NCBI GenBank assembly: GCA_010909165.1
Contig: MU008206.1
Location: forward strand, 336,229 to 400,228
Source: Anthoceros angustus
Taxonomy: Eukaryota > Plantae > Anthocerotophyta
Direction: 5' to 3'
Length of the DNA stretch: 64,000 bases
The stretch's first letter is position 1. Each line of letters opens with the position of its first letter. This document shows positions 38,101 to 51,200 of the stretch, in pieces. Position numbers and translations under genes: made by a program. The notes under the pieces are model-generated. The model was not told where the DNA came from. It did not search any database and worked only from the letters and a program-made list of their open reading frames with translations.

Positions 38101-39759
38101 TTCTCTGAGTAGCTGCAACGCTTGTGGATGCCTCCAGATGTCCCTGACAGACTCTGTCAATATCTGGCTTTCCTCCTGTTCACCTTCGATTGCCATGAGT
38201 GCCATGAAACTGCTGGGCACATTTTCCATGTGTCCCAAGTCTTGTCGCGCTCCAGTAGCATCGTCGGCACTTTGCAATGGATTCCTACTCAAACCATCTG
38301 CATTGTGGTGCACCTTGCCTGCCCTATGCACAATCTCCATGTCATATTTAGACAGCAACAATGCCCACCTGGCCAGTTTCCCACTCAACTTCATATTGGT
38401 CATGAGCCAATGAAGTGGTTGGTGATCCGTCACCAATTGGAAACGTCTTCCAAACAGATAAATTCTGAAATGCAATACTGCTCACACTGCAGCAAGACAC
38501 TCTCCTTCGTATGAGGAGTAGTTTACCTCTGCCGAGTTGTTGGATCGGCTTCCATAAGCCACGACTCGTTCCATCCCTTCTGCGTCGTGATGATTGCTCC
38601 TATCCTGCAATACTCCAATCCGTCTGAACAAAGCGGCTTCTCAAAGTCGGTCTAATCGGCATGGGCTTCCGGTGATCCCTAGATCTTGCCGAGCTAGCTC
38701 TGTTCTTGATCCCATATCCAAGTCACCTCCTTCTTCAGCATCTCATATAAGGGTTTGCATGTGGGCGGTCTTTCATAAACCTCTGTAGTAGTTCACCAAC
38801 CTAATGCTCTAAGAACTACATCCTTGGGCCTAGGCATCGCATCACTGCACCTTAGCCAAGCTGCGGCATGATTCCTCAGCACAATTTCATGTCCAAGATA
38901 CTCAATCCGCTTGAATGCAAATTTGCACTTTTCGGATGAGCTTTCAAGCATTTGGACAATCTTTGCAAGAGTCTCGGATGATCCATGTGTTCCTCGATGG
39001 TGTCGCTGAAAACTAGGATGTCGTCAATGTAACAACGCACAAGCGGATCCTGCGGCTCAAGTCGCAATTCTGCGGAAATATATGGAAGCATTTTTCAGCC
39101 CGAAGGCATAGTCTCCCATTCCCAAAGCTGATCCTTTCCCGAGCCGTTTTGCTCTTGTCCTTCACAATCACGATTGAAACACGGAAATCCAAAGTGGTAA
39201 AGTACTTTGCCTTACCAATTGCATCAAAAATCTCATCTGGAGTAGGCATGGGATCGTTCCATCAACGTTACTTCGTTGAGGTCGATAGTCCCCACACATT
39301 CGCCTATCTTTCCACTCGCCATTTTCGTCCTTCTTGATTGGGAGGAATTGCGACATACTCGAGCTTGATTCGATCACTCCTCAAAGCGCTCGACAACGCT
39401 TGTCCACAATTTCCACTCTTGGACTCAACCTATGCCTTCTTGAAGATAGGCTCGGGAGCAGTGGTAACAATCTTGAACTTGATCTTTTCGTACCTTCCTA
39501 GCTCATTCAACATAAAAGCACCGTTTTTCTCGAGCATGTCGATGATCTTTTGTTTGTCCGGTGCGTCTTCATCAATCTTCCAGGCGTGAACCTCCTTGGT
39601 GACACTCTTGGTTACAAACTCTGTTTCCACATGACCATGCCAAACATGTCTTGGGTTCCTTCCCTTTCATCCGCCTCTGGCTTTCCATCTTCGCTAGGCG
39701 CGATGGCTCTTCTTCCTTCACCTCACATGGGAAATGCCAATCCGGCTCACTAACCACCT

Positions 39760-40600
39760 TAAGTATAGATCAGATACTGTCCCGGCAACTTGTGGGCGCC
39801 TCACTCACCCATGGTGTGCGTACTCTTCTTGGCAATCCCATGGCTTGTTCGTTCCTCAACATTGAGCTCTCCTAGCTCCTCTCCCTTTGAGTCTAGGATC
39901 ATGCCATCTCCTCCTCCTGAATCGTGGGATTGTGGCGTGCTTACCAAAGTCGGCCACGCCCTCCGGCTTCACCAACTACATTCCTTTGGATAAAGCGGAA
40001 GTTTGTCCATCTTCTTGACTTCTTTGCGAGTACCTTTCGGTTCCATGATTTCACTAGGTCTTCTTCCGTGATGGAACCATGAGTGTTCATGTTGCCTCGG
40101 TGTCTCAAGTCACCGCAACATTGGTCCAATAATCCGAATCATGTGCGTAAGAGACACCGCCATCAACCCAGCTCATTGCGAACCATGATCGGACCTCCTC
40201 ATACATCGTTCGGCAGGACGCTTGTCCAGCGCTCCACCGTTTTCCGGTATGACCGCAGGATTCACAAGTTGAACCTCCTCGACAACCGCGACCTCGGCAA
40301 AGAAACACCTTCGCCTTTCCTCTTCACCCGCCGAGAAGGTCTTACACTCCCATCTGCGATGATCATATCCACTTTGGGCGGCGAGCTTGCGGTGCTTCCT
40401 TCCCACAAGCTTCCAGTGGGCTGCTCGACAACCTCTCACTGCGTCTTCTCTTAGCGAGATGGAAATAATTGCACAACGAGAATTCGATTTACGACTCTAG
40501 CCTCGTCCTTTTCCACACGGTGTAGCGCAAACCTTGATGCCACATTGAAGCACCGCCTCCAATCATGATTCACGAGCACAATTCCAACAAGTGAATTCCT
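39760..40600 (-). pseudogene. C5-cytosine DNA methyltransferase (DNMT-like) domain inside gypsy pol, frameshifted
   Basis: Reconstructed across frameshifts: GIHLLELC..GI..GLEAVLQCGIKV.RY..VEKDE (motifs I-II, 40599-40505), VDMIIA(G)WEC.DL..AG (IV, 40372-40328), VNPAV..EN (VI, ~40240), SYAH..RDYWTN (VIII, 40152-40119), PTLVSTPQSH, and ELNVEER..AMGL (IX region, 39870-39835). Confidence 0.8.
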
Positions 40601-41654
40601 TGAACTTGCTCTCCATCTACTACGAATCATTGATTCGCCTTCCCTCCGTCTTGGCGGGCTTCATGTTTAGTATGGATCTCTCGGACATGTGTCGTGAGAT
40701 TCCAGGCGATTCTCCTTTGTGATTTTCTCGAACCCTTGCCTCCTCAAGGTGCTCGGGCCGCGATCTTGACTCCCTTCCGCTCTGCGGGTTTGGTGCTTCA
40801 CGAGAGGACAATTCCTCTGTCTCCTCCCACATCTCGTACATGCTCAATTTGAGCAAAGCCATCTCTCGACCATCTCGCCGTGGCTTGCTGACGTCCTTCA
40901 CCGCCTTCTTCCTTACGCCACTTTTGCTCATGTTCAGGGAATAGTTGCAATTGCGAAAATCCCTTGCTTCCACGGTGATAGAAGGCTTCTTCATACATGG
41001 ATCAACTCCCATGGCGGGCCATGTAGCATCCGCTCCTAACAACACATCGTGGGGCGTAGCACGGTCACCAAACCAACCTCCATTGTGGTTGCATCCTCAT
41101 GCCTTCAACTCGATCTTGATCGGTTTCACAGTCATCCCATCACCATTTCCTTCGTTCCTGCGGAGTAGTGATGCTTACGCTTGGCAGTACGACTTGCGCC
41201 ATATAGCTTGAGGCGGCTGTGCGAGCTCCCAACAATCTTGGATGCGCTCCGGTGTCCACGACATTGGCAAATCCGTCAAAGGTAATTTCCGGTTTGTTGT
41301 CAATCATGGCAACACCTCCTTTACCTCTCGGGGCACATCGGGGCTGTTGGACTTCTCGGTTCTATCTCTTTCGATCCATTCCTCATGATCTTCTTGAAAT
41401 GTGAACTCTTGAGTCAAGTTCCAAATTGACCACAGGAACCTCCATGGCCTTCTCCAACGGTCTTCTACATCCACCTCCGGGTTAGAAGCCACACTGTGTA
41501 CCATCATCCACTTGCCTAAAACTTTCGGGCATTTTGCTTTGCTCTCGTTCGAGGCGTGTCCTTGGTAACCCCTTCTCCAGGTCAAGTGCGGTCTTCTTCT
41601 TCTTGCGAATCGCCGCCATGCCATACACTTCTTCATCCGAGTCGAGAAAAGAAT

Positions 41655-44322
41655 CGTGACTCACGACTGGCCATGTTAGCCATTACGCATCTCTTCAACT
41701 TGCGCAAGAAGAGCCTTGCGACTAGGGCCTTTGCCCTTCTCCTTTTCACGCCCATTACCTTGGGCTTGAGCTCTGGATGAGCCTCCCAACATGCGGCTTC
41801 TATGTGGCCCCATCGACCACAAGCCTTGCAAACCTCCTTGCCCTTGGCCTCCAGTCTGAAGTCACATTCAAATGACTTGTGTGCACCACGGCACCTACAC
41901 ATTTGATGGCCGACTGCGTTGTTGGTCTCTCCTTGGTGATTGTTTGGGTGATTCATGACCAAATCGCTTCATCTTGACCCTTATCTTTGGAATCTGGATC
42001 CTCCTTGTCGAGCCGTAAGTCTTGCCGATCAAATTGTGATCCTCCGGTATGCTTGTGACATCCCCTTTTAGCACCTTCTCGCAATCTTGTAGGCGTCGGT
42101 CAAACCATACTTTTCTCCATGAGCACCATGAAGAGCATCCATTACCTTCCTTGTTGTCGGTGGCATCGCAGCCATGAAAATTTCAGCAGCCTCCATGGTC
42201 TTCACATCCGTGTCCTCCACCAAGATCTTGATCGATGTATGGCGCCCTCGGCGTCTCATTGGACTTGAAGCTAAAGCAGTCACTCTGAATCTTCTCCAAG
42301 GACGATGTTGGAAACATGTCCTTCAATCTTTCAAACATGAGATCAACCAAATGCTCTAGCTCGTCTTCCTTGGGCCGGAGTGAGTGGCTTGCCAGTGCAA
42401 CTCCTGCCAAGTTCTGCTTTGTTTCTCCGCCGATGCCAAGATGTCCTTCTTCGTCTCATAGTACATCAACGCCTCACCGCGGATATTCGACATCTTCATG
42501 AGTGCCATTCTCGGGTGAACCATCCTTGTACTTCATCTTGTTTTCTGCCATTCCCCAGTGGAACTTCTCTTCAAAATCCGCCGGTGACATACTCCCATGT
42601 TTTCCGGTGAAAACATCATTCTTGCTGGGCGTACTCTCCAGCTCCATTTGAATCGGCTCTTCGCTCCAGTCTCCAAACTGAGATCTCGTGATGGGCGTGT
42701 TGTCTCTGTCTTGGTCAGGCGTCCTTTTGAAAGGTGATCCGTAGATCTTCTGTCCCTTTCTAGACGATGGCCAGCAGGTGTCCCCTCGTTACTCCAGCCT
42801 GACCTCAAAAATACCATCAGTCAGAAATCCGCCTATGCTTGACAATCTGAGGAATGTTGTCAAACGGCAATCCTCGCCCGCCCAACTAGCTAAGAAAAAG
42901 CAGTGTCTACGGTTTCTATCCGAGCGTTCCACACATATGCGGGACTCTGTCGGTGAGCCTAGCCAACTCAATGGTCGATTCGGACTACAAAATGCGTGAC
43001 TCGACTGCGGCCATGTTAGCCATTACGCATCTCTTCAACTTGCGCAAGAAGAGCCTTGCGACTAGGGCCTTTGCCCTTCTCCTTTTCACGCCCATTACCT
43101 TGGGCTTGAGCTCTGGATGAGCCTCCCAACATGCGGCTTCTATGTGGCCCCATCGACCACAAGCCTTGCAAACCTCCTTGCCCTTGGGCCTCCAGTCTGA
43201 AGTCACATTCAAATGACTTGTGTGCACCACGGCACCTACCACATTTGATGGCACTGCGTTGTTATTTGGTCTCTCCTTCCTGGTGGTTTGTTTGGGTGAT
43301 TATCGCCGTATTTTCTTGACCCTTATCTTTGGAATCTGGATCCTCCTTGTCCGTAAAAGTGCCTTGATCAAATTGTGATCCTCGGTATGCTTGGTGACAT
43401 CCCCTTTTAGCACCTTCTCGCAATCTTGTAGGCGTCAGTCAAACCATACTTTTCTCCATGAGCACCATGAAGAGCATCCATTACCTTCCTTTTTGGTGGC
43501 ATCGCAGCCATGAAAATTTCAGCAGCCTCCCGCATGGTCTTCACATCCGTATCCTCCACCAAGATCTTCAGTCTGATGTATGACGCCCTCAGCGTCTCAT
43601 TGGACTTGAAGCTAAAACGAGTCAACTCTTGAATCTTCTCCAAGGACGATGTTGGAAACATGTCCTTCAATCTTTCAAACATGAGATCAACCAAATGCTC
43701 TAGCTCGTCTTCCTTGGGCCGGAGTGAGTGGCTTGCCGTGGCAACTCCCCGCAAGTTCTGTTTCTCCGCCGATGCCAAGATGTCCTTCTTCGTCTCGTAG
43801 TACATCAACGCCTCACACGGATATTCGACATCTTCATGAGTGCCATTCTCTGGGTGAACATCCTTGTACTTCATCTTGTTTTACGCCATTCCCAGTGAAC
43901 TTCTCTTCAAAATCCGCCAGTGACATACTCCCATGTTTTCCGGTGAAAACATCATTCTTGCTGGGCGTACTCTCCAGCTCCATTTGAATCGGCTCTTCGC
44001 TCCAGTCTCCAAACTGAGATCTCGTGATGGGCGTGTTGTCTCTGTCTTGGTCAGGCGTCCTTTTGAAAGGTGATCCGTGGATCTTCTGTCCCTTTCTAGT
44101 CGAGGACGGAGCAGGTGTCCCCTCGTTACTCCAGCCTGACCTCAAAAATACCATCGATTAATCCTATGCTTGACAATCGAGGAATGTTGTCAAGCGGCAA
44201 TCCTCGCCAAGCCAACTAGCTAAGAAAAAGCAGTGTCTGTTTCTATCGAGCGTTCCACACATGCGGGACTATCGGTGAGCCTAGCCAACTCGCAATGGTC
44301 GATTCGGACTACAACTGCGTGA
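41655..44322. repeat. Tandem duplication of the ~1.34-kb gypsy gag region
   Basis: 41655-42998 and 42995-44322 are collinear (ggccatgttagccattacgcatctc ... ggtcgattcggactaca) and differ mainly by small indels. Confidence 0.9.
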
Positions 44323-44457
44323 AATCGATGGTAGAATTCCTATCCATCGAAGTCATTCGACTTATGGTGGAGCCTCGTTCTTTTCCGCTCCATGGACATG
44401 ATCGCTCACAGGGTGGAAGATGATCGATTTCCGCCTCCTCCGGTCTCGATGCCACAA

Positions 44458-45118
44458 TGTCCTCCAATGCGGTAGTCTCGGTTCTCCAAGCAACAGGGAT
44501 TGTAGATGTGGTGAGATCAAGTTGGTTGCACAGGCTCCCACTTGATAGTGCGGTTCCCAAAAGTCACAAGAGAGAAATGAGACAAACTGTAGGGACGAAG
44601 TATGGCTGCCTTTCCATTCAGACAAACATCTACAATCCAAGAATCCATGGCTGGGTGCCCACATATATAGGCAAAACCCCCAGGAGTTCTCGATGAAGTG
44701 CCTCCTCGTTCTCGATGGTAGGCACTTTAGGTATATTTATAATCCTACTTTCCTTGGCCTTCGAACAAATAATAATGTTTATGTGTTCAACCATCTATTC
44801 GCCCTTTTCCTTGATTTACGATTTTTATGTATTTTCTAATATAGATTTGCTGTCTATATATGCATCATAGCACCGTGCCTTACATACATAATCATGTACA
44901 TAGATTACATGCACCATGACACATCATCTGTCTAAACATGTCCACATACATCACATGTCATCCATCCGTCATGCATACATACCATGTGCATGCCATCCAT
45001 GGGCAATGCACATTCCACATCACATGCACATCTGCATCCAAATCAAGTGGCTTATGCCAAGTGAGATGTAATCGATCAATGTCGATGTTTTCCATCCCTA
45101 GTTTGTCAGGTCACGACA
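44458..45118 (-). repeat. 5' LTR of the methyltransferase-carrying gypsy element
   Basis: Inverted 4-bp termini TGTC/GACA and an adjacent PBS-like sequence. Its outer end interrupts a copia gag at 45119. Confidence 0.75.
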
Positions 45119-46313
45119 AGATGACAAGTCCCCAAAGCAGCAAGTTGAGCACGCAGATATCGAAACTTGCTCACATGAGTAGCAACACTGTCAGAAGGCT
45201 ACATTCTTAAAGAATAAAATTCATTGCGAACTGTGACCAATGTCATTACGTTGGTGGATTGGTAATATCTTTGATCTGCCTCCAAGCTTCTGCTGAGGTG
45301 AGGGCACCATCGGTGTGATGGAGAGTGACTTCGTCCAGGCCAGAAATAAGCATGTGCATAGCCTGTCTAACTTGCCTTGTCCATGAATCGAGAGCGGGTG
45401 AAGGTCCAGGTGGTTTCGGGAGAGAGCCATCAACGATGGCAAGAAGATCTCGAGTATTTAGAGCAGTCTTCATCCGCTTAGACCAAACTTCAAACTTGGT
45501 GCCGTCAAAACGGTCTTTCTCCTTAAAATCCGTACTCACATTCATGACATTAATGATTGGAGCAAGAGGAGAAGGTGCCAGTGTTAGTGGTGTAGGTGGA
45601 GGAGTAGCCATCTTTAGAAAACTTGTGATTATTGACAGAAAGCTGACTTTGTATTATGACGCAAAACCAAGAATTCGCGTCAATAACCAAGCTTGTAAAT
45701 GTAAATAGAGATGTACTGAACCGCACCACACTCATAGCACGGGCTCAGAGGGCCCAAAATCAAGTTCAGTGTTAATTTGATTCACAGAATCAAAAGTGGA
45801 TTCGATTCGGCGAACCGTTTCAGCAACAGAAACCAAATTGGTGTTGATTTGTGTGATTGAATGACAGAGAGCTTGATACTGTTGGGTACGTTGCTCCTGT
45901 GCTGTAGCTCTTGCTTGTGCCTCACCAAGTTTGTACTCCTTGTAGGATGTCTCAGTTCAGCAGTGAGTTCCTCCTGCTTGATCTCAGATGTCAAACCTGG
46001 AAGAGCATCGACTTGTAAAGACTTGTGGTGGTGGCACACGGTGCATAGTAGTCTCCGTCGTGGAGAAAGCTCGGATCACCACGGAAGCATGTGGTATTGG
46101 TGGGGCTCGGCACACAAGGTTAGCTTGCAAGGTGATACTTCATAAAGCAAAGTGCTTGAACACCAGCGTGGAGAAATTGAGCTTGGGGAGAGTTGTGGGG
46201 ATCCTGTCGGCGAGCAGTCATGACGAGTGAGGAGTCTAGCCGGTGAGGAAAAGGTGCACCGTTGAGTCTAATGGCACACCGTTCATGCGGTGCCCCTAAA
46301 TTAATTATTTAGA

Positions 46314-46985
46314 GCACCGTTTCATACCTAGGCCGGCGTTTCATACCGGGGCCAACTTAAAATAATTTAAGTTGGCTGGGCGGCTTGATGCCGACCGCCT
46401 CGAACCCGGTAGCGGTTGGCCTCACAGCGCCGTGGGGAGGGGCAGCGCGCGCGCATCGAGATCGATCGTGGCGGGCCCGCGCGCGCCGCGGCTGATCGCG
46501 CTGGTGAGATCAGGCGCCAGCGGCGCGCGATCATGGTGTGCACGCCAGCCTCTTGCTCATAGCTGCTCCTAGATCTGCATGCAAGAGAAATCCAAGTCTT
46601 TGGTTGTCCTCGTGCACAAATCCTTGGGATTGGCTCAAATTCACAGGAATTGAGAGGCGGTAGGGGCACCGTTTCATACCTAGGCCGGCGTTTCATACCG
46701 GGGCCAACTTAAAATATTTTAAGTTGGCATGGGGCGGCTTGTGCCAGCCCATGAACCGGCCGGTTGGCCTCACGAGCGCCGTGGGGAGGGGCGCGCCATC
46801 GAGATCGATGTGAGGCCGGGCGGTGGTGCGCGAGATCGGGCGCCCAGCGGTGTGCACTGTGATCCAGCCTCTGCTCGCTCCTAGATCTGCATGCAAAGAG
46901 AAATCCAAGTGCTGGTTGTCCTCGTGCACAAATCCTTGGGATTGGCTCTGAAATTCCTGGAATTGGAGGGCAGAGTAGGGGCGCC
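46314..46985. repeat. ~353-bp tandem duplication containing a 26-bp palindrome
   Basis: caccgtttcatacctaggccggcgtttcataccggggccaacttaaaat occurs at ~46315 and ~46667. The palindrome gccaacttaaaatattttaagttggc is perfect at 46703-46728 and has one mismatch at 46351-46376. Confidence 0.85.
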
Positions 46986-47473
46986 CATGCTTGTGATCGC
47001 TAGAGGGCAGATCTCCACACCATTGGAGCAAATCGGAGTCGATGGAATCTGACCATGATAGGTAAGCGCTCCTTGCTGGAATGCGAGAATTTGTCGCTGA
47101 TCTCGAGGCCGTGTGAAAAGATCTGCCTGATAGATCAGGAGATCTTGTTGGTAGTGGCCTCGTTCCTCGCTCTTGCAACAAAATTGTGAGTACATCCGCC
47201 AGAGAGTATCCGAGGTTGAGCATGCATCTGGGAGCAGAAACCAATCCAAAACCACGAGTTAGGGTTCGATTTGGTGCTCGTCCACGGTATGCTTGCTCAT
47301 GCTTCTTCCGAGCCTCAAAAGACTTCCTCCTGGCCTTGCCTCAGCAAGTGTGCGCCGATGCTTGCGACCCATAATTGTAGTACTTGGGATCTAGGAGGCT
47401 CGATTCAAAGACTAGAAAATAGTTTGCTTAGAAAATAGGAAGCCAAGTGTTATGCTTGTTCTAAGTAGTATGA

Positions 47474-47785
47474 ACTTATAAGGCACCTAAAAGGTAGGAA
47501 TTATAGAATCCCTAGATCTAGAAGGGTGACTAGAACCCATAACCAAACAATTTAGAATAATTGGTTTGATTATATGAAAATTGAACTAATGAAAATAATC
47601 AGTAAAGTAGCTATGATAATTACTTTACTTATAAGGCACCTAAAAGGTAGGAATTATAGAATCCCTAGATCTAGAAGGGTGACTAGAACCCATAACCAAA
47701 CAATTTAGAATAATTGGTTTGATTATATGAAAATTGAACTAATGAAAATAATCAGTAAAGTAGCTATGATAATTACTTTTACTTA
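47474..47785. repeat. 153-bp perfect tandem duplication
   Basis: acttataaggcacctaaaagg...ctatgataattacttt starts at 47474 and 47627. Confidence 0.92.
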
Positions 47786-48210
47786 GAAAGTTCTAAGCTA
47801 ATTATTTTCACTTAGCAATGGTATGATGGGCAACATGGGTTTCTACATGACAGTAAAACTAGCGGATGCTGCCTATGATGCAGATGATAACGCTATCGAA
47901 AATGCATCGAAATGCATTTTCATCAACTAAAATTGGGTATGAGGTTGCTAGCTTATCTTCCTAAGTTGATTAGAGAAGAAAACTAGCAACAAAGCCATTG
48001 AAATATCACATGGCTCGATACCAAGTTAGAGATATATGTGAAGCGTCTTGCATCAGCGGATGCTTTATTAACAATGAATATGTTCGGTTCATAGGTGGGC
48101 TTATAAAGGATGGTTACGAGGGTGTGTCCTTTCACTAGCACCGCTAGTTAACTAACTACCAACTAGTTGAGTCTAGTTTGACTAATCACATTGGTTTGGT
48201 CTAGTCGACC

Positions 48211-51200
48211 TTAACCAACGCTTTTCTCTAATTGAAGGCCACAGGCGAGCCTAAGGGCGAATCCCAAATGCAAGGAAGAGTGCTCCCCGAGTGAGAAGAT
48301 TGGTCTTAGAAGCGGGCAAGTGCGGTGTGGGTCGGGGGTCCTGGCGCGTGATAGACTCCTTGCTGCTAAGGCATAACCTACAATTGTGTTGTATCGTTGT
48401 AGAATTAGGGTGGTGATTTTCGAGGCGGTCGAAGTCAATTTCTTGTAGAGGAAAGTTAGAGCGCCTTGCTTGTTTAGAAGGCCCGAAGTAGTATGTTGCT
48501 GCAAGTAGCGATCGACTCCCCAGAATCCGATTGTTCACACAAGTCTCATGGGACGAAACCCGACGTACGAAGCGATAGTGGGATAAGTGTGGCCGCTAGA
48601 GGGGGAATCCCGGTGTGAAGTGCAAAACTTTGGGCCCTTCATTTTTTTGGTTAGAGTTGACAAAACTTGGATCAAAACGGACACGGACAAGTGCCAAAGG
48701 AATTGCTAGGTATTTCTTTGTGGAAGCTTAGACGCAAGCTTAGAGGCAAACCACCTGCATGCAGGAAGGGAGTTGCATGTAGGGAGGAAGCGAGTGTGAA
48801 TGATATGGGGGAGAGACATCCCCTACACAAGGGAAAGACGGGTAGGAAGGGTATGTTATCCTATAGATATAGGACATGGTACTCCCTACCATAGGGAGGT
48901 GCACCCTACGAGGTGATGTGGGGTGGTGGCCTTCTACAAGAATGGAGAGGAGCTCCCTACATGGGGCCGGTTTAAGCCAATCGTATTAGTGTCAGCTAGC
49001 CCTATGAGCCGGGCGTGGGGTGACAAAGGTGACCATAGATGGGTCATGGGTCCTGCATGTATGTGGGTAGGACGGTAGTGGTCCCTAGATGTGGGGAACA
49101 AGTAGGGGCAGATCACGGGTAGTATGTGGGGCCGGGTGGCCTACATGGGTGGCAGGGCTCCATGCGAGGCGGTTGTTAGGTAGGTAGGTGGGTAGGATGG
49201 ATGAGTGTCTCCCTACACGTGAGGGAGTGGTGAGGTCTCCCTCACGTGGGCGGTGGGTGGGGTCGACACCCTACATGGGTGACAAGCTTTCCGGATAAAG
49301 GCGGTACAAACCTAGGAAGTTGCTGAAAACTGCATAGGCAGGTTGGATAAATAGGATATATTAGGAATAATAGAATATAAATATGTAAGGTGTAGTGTAG
49401 GTGCTTTTAACAAGTAGGGCTGCTAAATAGAGGATGGTGGAAATGGTGCCACATGGCAAGGAATCGACGGCCTATATCAAGGAGTTTCACTGTCACTAAG
49501 GGCCATGCAAGCGGTGTGTGTAGGTGGCACCTAGGAAGCCTGCGAGGAATCGCGAAGAGCTTGTGCATGCAAGGAAAGCTAGGGCAAGGACTTGGTGAGC
49601 AAATGCCCATGTGTGTGTCAAGGAGAAGGAGGTGTCGTGCATAAGGAGTTGTGTGTGAAGGAATTTGAAGCACAATGAAGAGAGCAAGGCGCTGATTTTT
49701 TTGTGCCTAGGACCTTGCAAGTGAGGGATTTGGGCGCATAAGGAGGTGTATGCTGTGAGGACACCAAGTTTGAGCTAGGTGGGACTGGTGAAGAGGAAGT
49801 AAGTGGAAAAGGGAGTTGCTCTCTTGGTGGATCTTGTGTGGCGAGTGAAGAAATCTGCAATTGTGTGTAGGCACCGAGGTGACAACTAGGTGGAAACGAG
49901 CATGGGGGCGTGCCAAGCTTGTCTTGTTTGTAGTTATCTTGAAGGTGCAAGATGGTGAAAGCGCACCTAAGAAGGCAAATTGGTTGCTAGGGAGCCGTGA
50001 GAAGAGGCATGATGCCGAATTTAATTGCTTCCCGCATGTGGAGGCTAGGCACTTGGTAGCATTCGACGCTTTGGAACCGGCAATTGCAATGGGTGTATGG
50101 CCATTGGGCCTATGTCAACTTGGAGATGATAGAGTGCTTTATAAACTTCACTATGCCACGGCAGAACTTGAGGAACTGGAAAATAGGGATGCAAGGGATC
50201 CAGCCGACAACACATCCGGCTGTATATGGAAGACCAAATGAGGAGGCTCAGAGGGATTGCAATTATGGAGCTTGAAAGGAAGGTTGAGGAGAAGGGGAAG
50301 AGAAAAGGAGAATAGGAAGTGTCATGAGCTACTTGAGAAAGCTATGGACATGTTACAACGCGGCATAAGTCTAGGAGAAAGGTGGTTGGTGCCAAGAACT
50401 CAAGGAAGAGAAATGGAGAACATGTTTGCTAAGATTCTCCTTGGATTGGTGAGTGCGCAACGGAAGACATATCTTAGTGATGCAGCTATATTTCATCCGG
50501 AGGTTGTCTAGGGGGCTACCCATTGGGGAATGGTAATGTATGATGTTTATATCGCATCGCTAAGGTTGCTTATACCCAATGCGAGGAATCCAAGAGCACG
50601 TGAAATACATACCTCTCCACCTACCGATTCATATTTATGAGCTCCAAGGATTATTGAAGCCGTGAATTGGAATTTTCCAAGATGGATTTCCAAGTGGTAT
50701 CATTGGATGCGAGTCCCTAAGCCCTGAGAGAAGTCCCCAACAAGAGACGGGAAGAAGAGGAAAGCAATGGAGGAGCCTACTACTTGTCCCACGCAGGAAG
50801 GAGGAGAAGAAGTTCATCACGAGAGCATCGGGAAGAAGGTGGTAGGAAGCGGTGAGTTGGATCCACTCCCTCGGCGGTGGAGAGCGAAGAAGCTCTCGTG
50901 AGAGAGTCAAGGCGGCTTCCATTGGAGGAAGCGCAAGAAGAGCTGGTATGGGAGGAAGAGAAGGAGAAACCAGCAAGTCCGCGGAACTTGGGCAAGTAGG
51001 AAGGGCTAGCATAACCAATGGGGCTGCTGTGAGGCCCACCTCCCTGGTAGGGCAGCACAGATGACTGAGGGTGAGGCACCCTCAGGGAGTGAGGGTCGAG
51101 TCCCCGGGTGTGGCACCCGATGTAGTGAGGGGGGTGCAAGTGTCCCTACCTATAGGCGTAGGGGCTGCTCCTAGTGGAGTGGCAGCCGCGATGGATAGGC

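Larger units (their letters stand above)
38101..45118 (-). mobile_element. Ty3/gypsy LTR retrotransposon with order gag-PR-C5 methyltransferase-RT-RH; integrase and 3' LTR missing
   Basis: 5' LTR 45118-44458 (TGTC...GACA termini, TATA-like at ~44665). PBS-like tggcatcgagacc at 44454-44442. Gag with CCHC CKACGRWGHIEAAC. Protease VDTGA (41245-41259). RT (RMCGDYR, MPTPDEIFDAIGKAKYFTTLD, YIDD at 39020-39031). RNase H (FQLVTDHQPL...LARWALLL...NADGLSR). Confidence 0.9.
45119..48210 (-). mobile_element. 5' part of a third Ty1/copia element (partial LTR, PBS, long leader, gag), cut by the gypsy insertion
   Basis: PBS tggtatcgagcca at 48023-48011, LTR remnant 48024 to ~48210, gag ORF from 45611 (DRFDGTKFEVWSKRMKTALNTRDLLAIVDGSLPKP). 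Confidence 0.85.
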
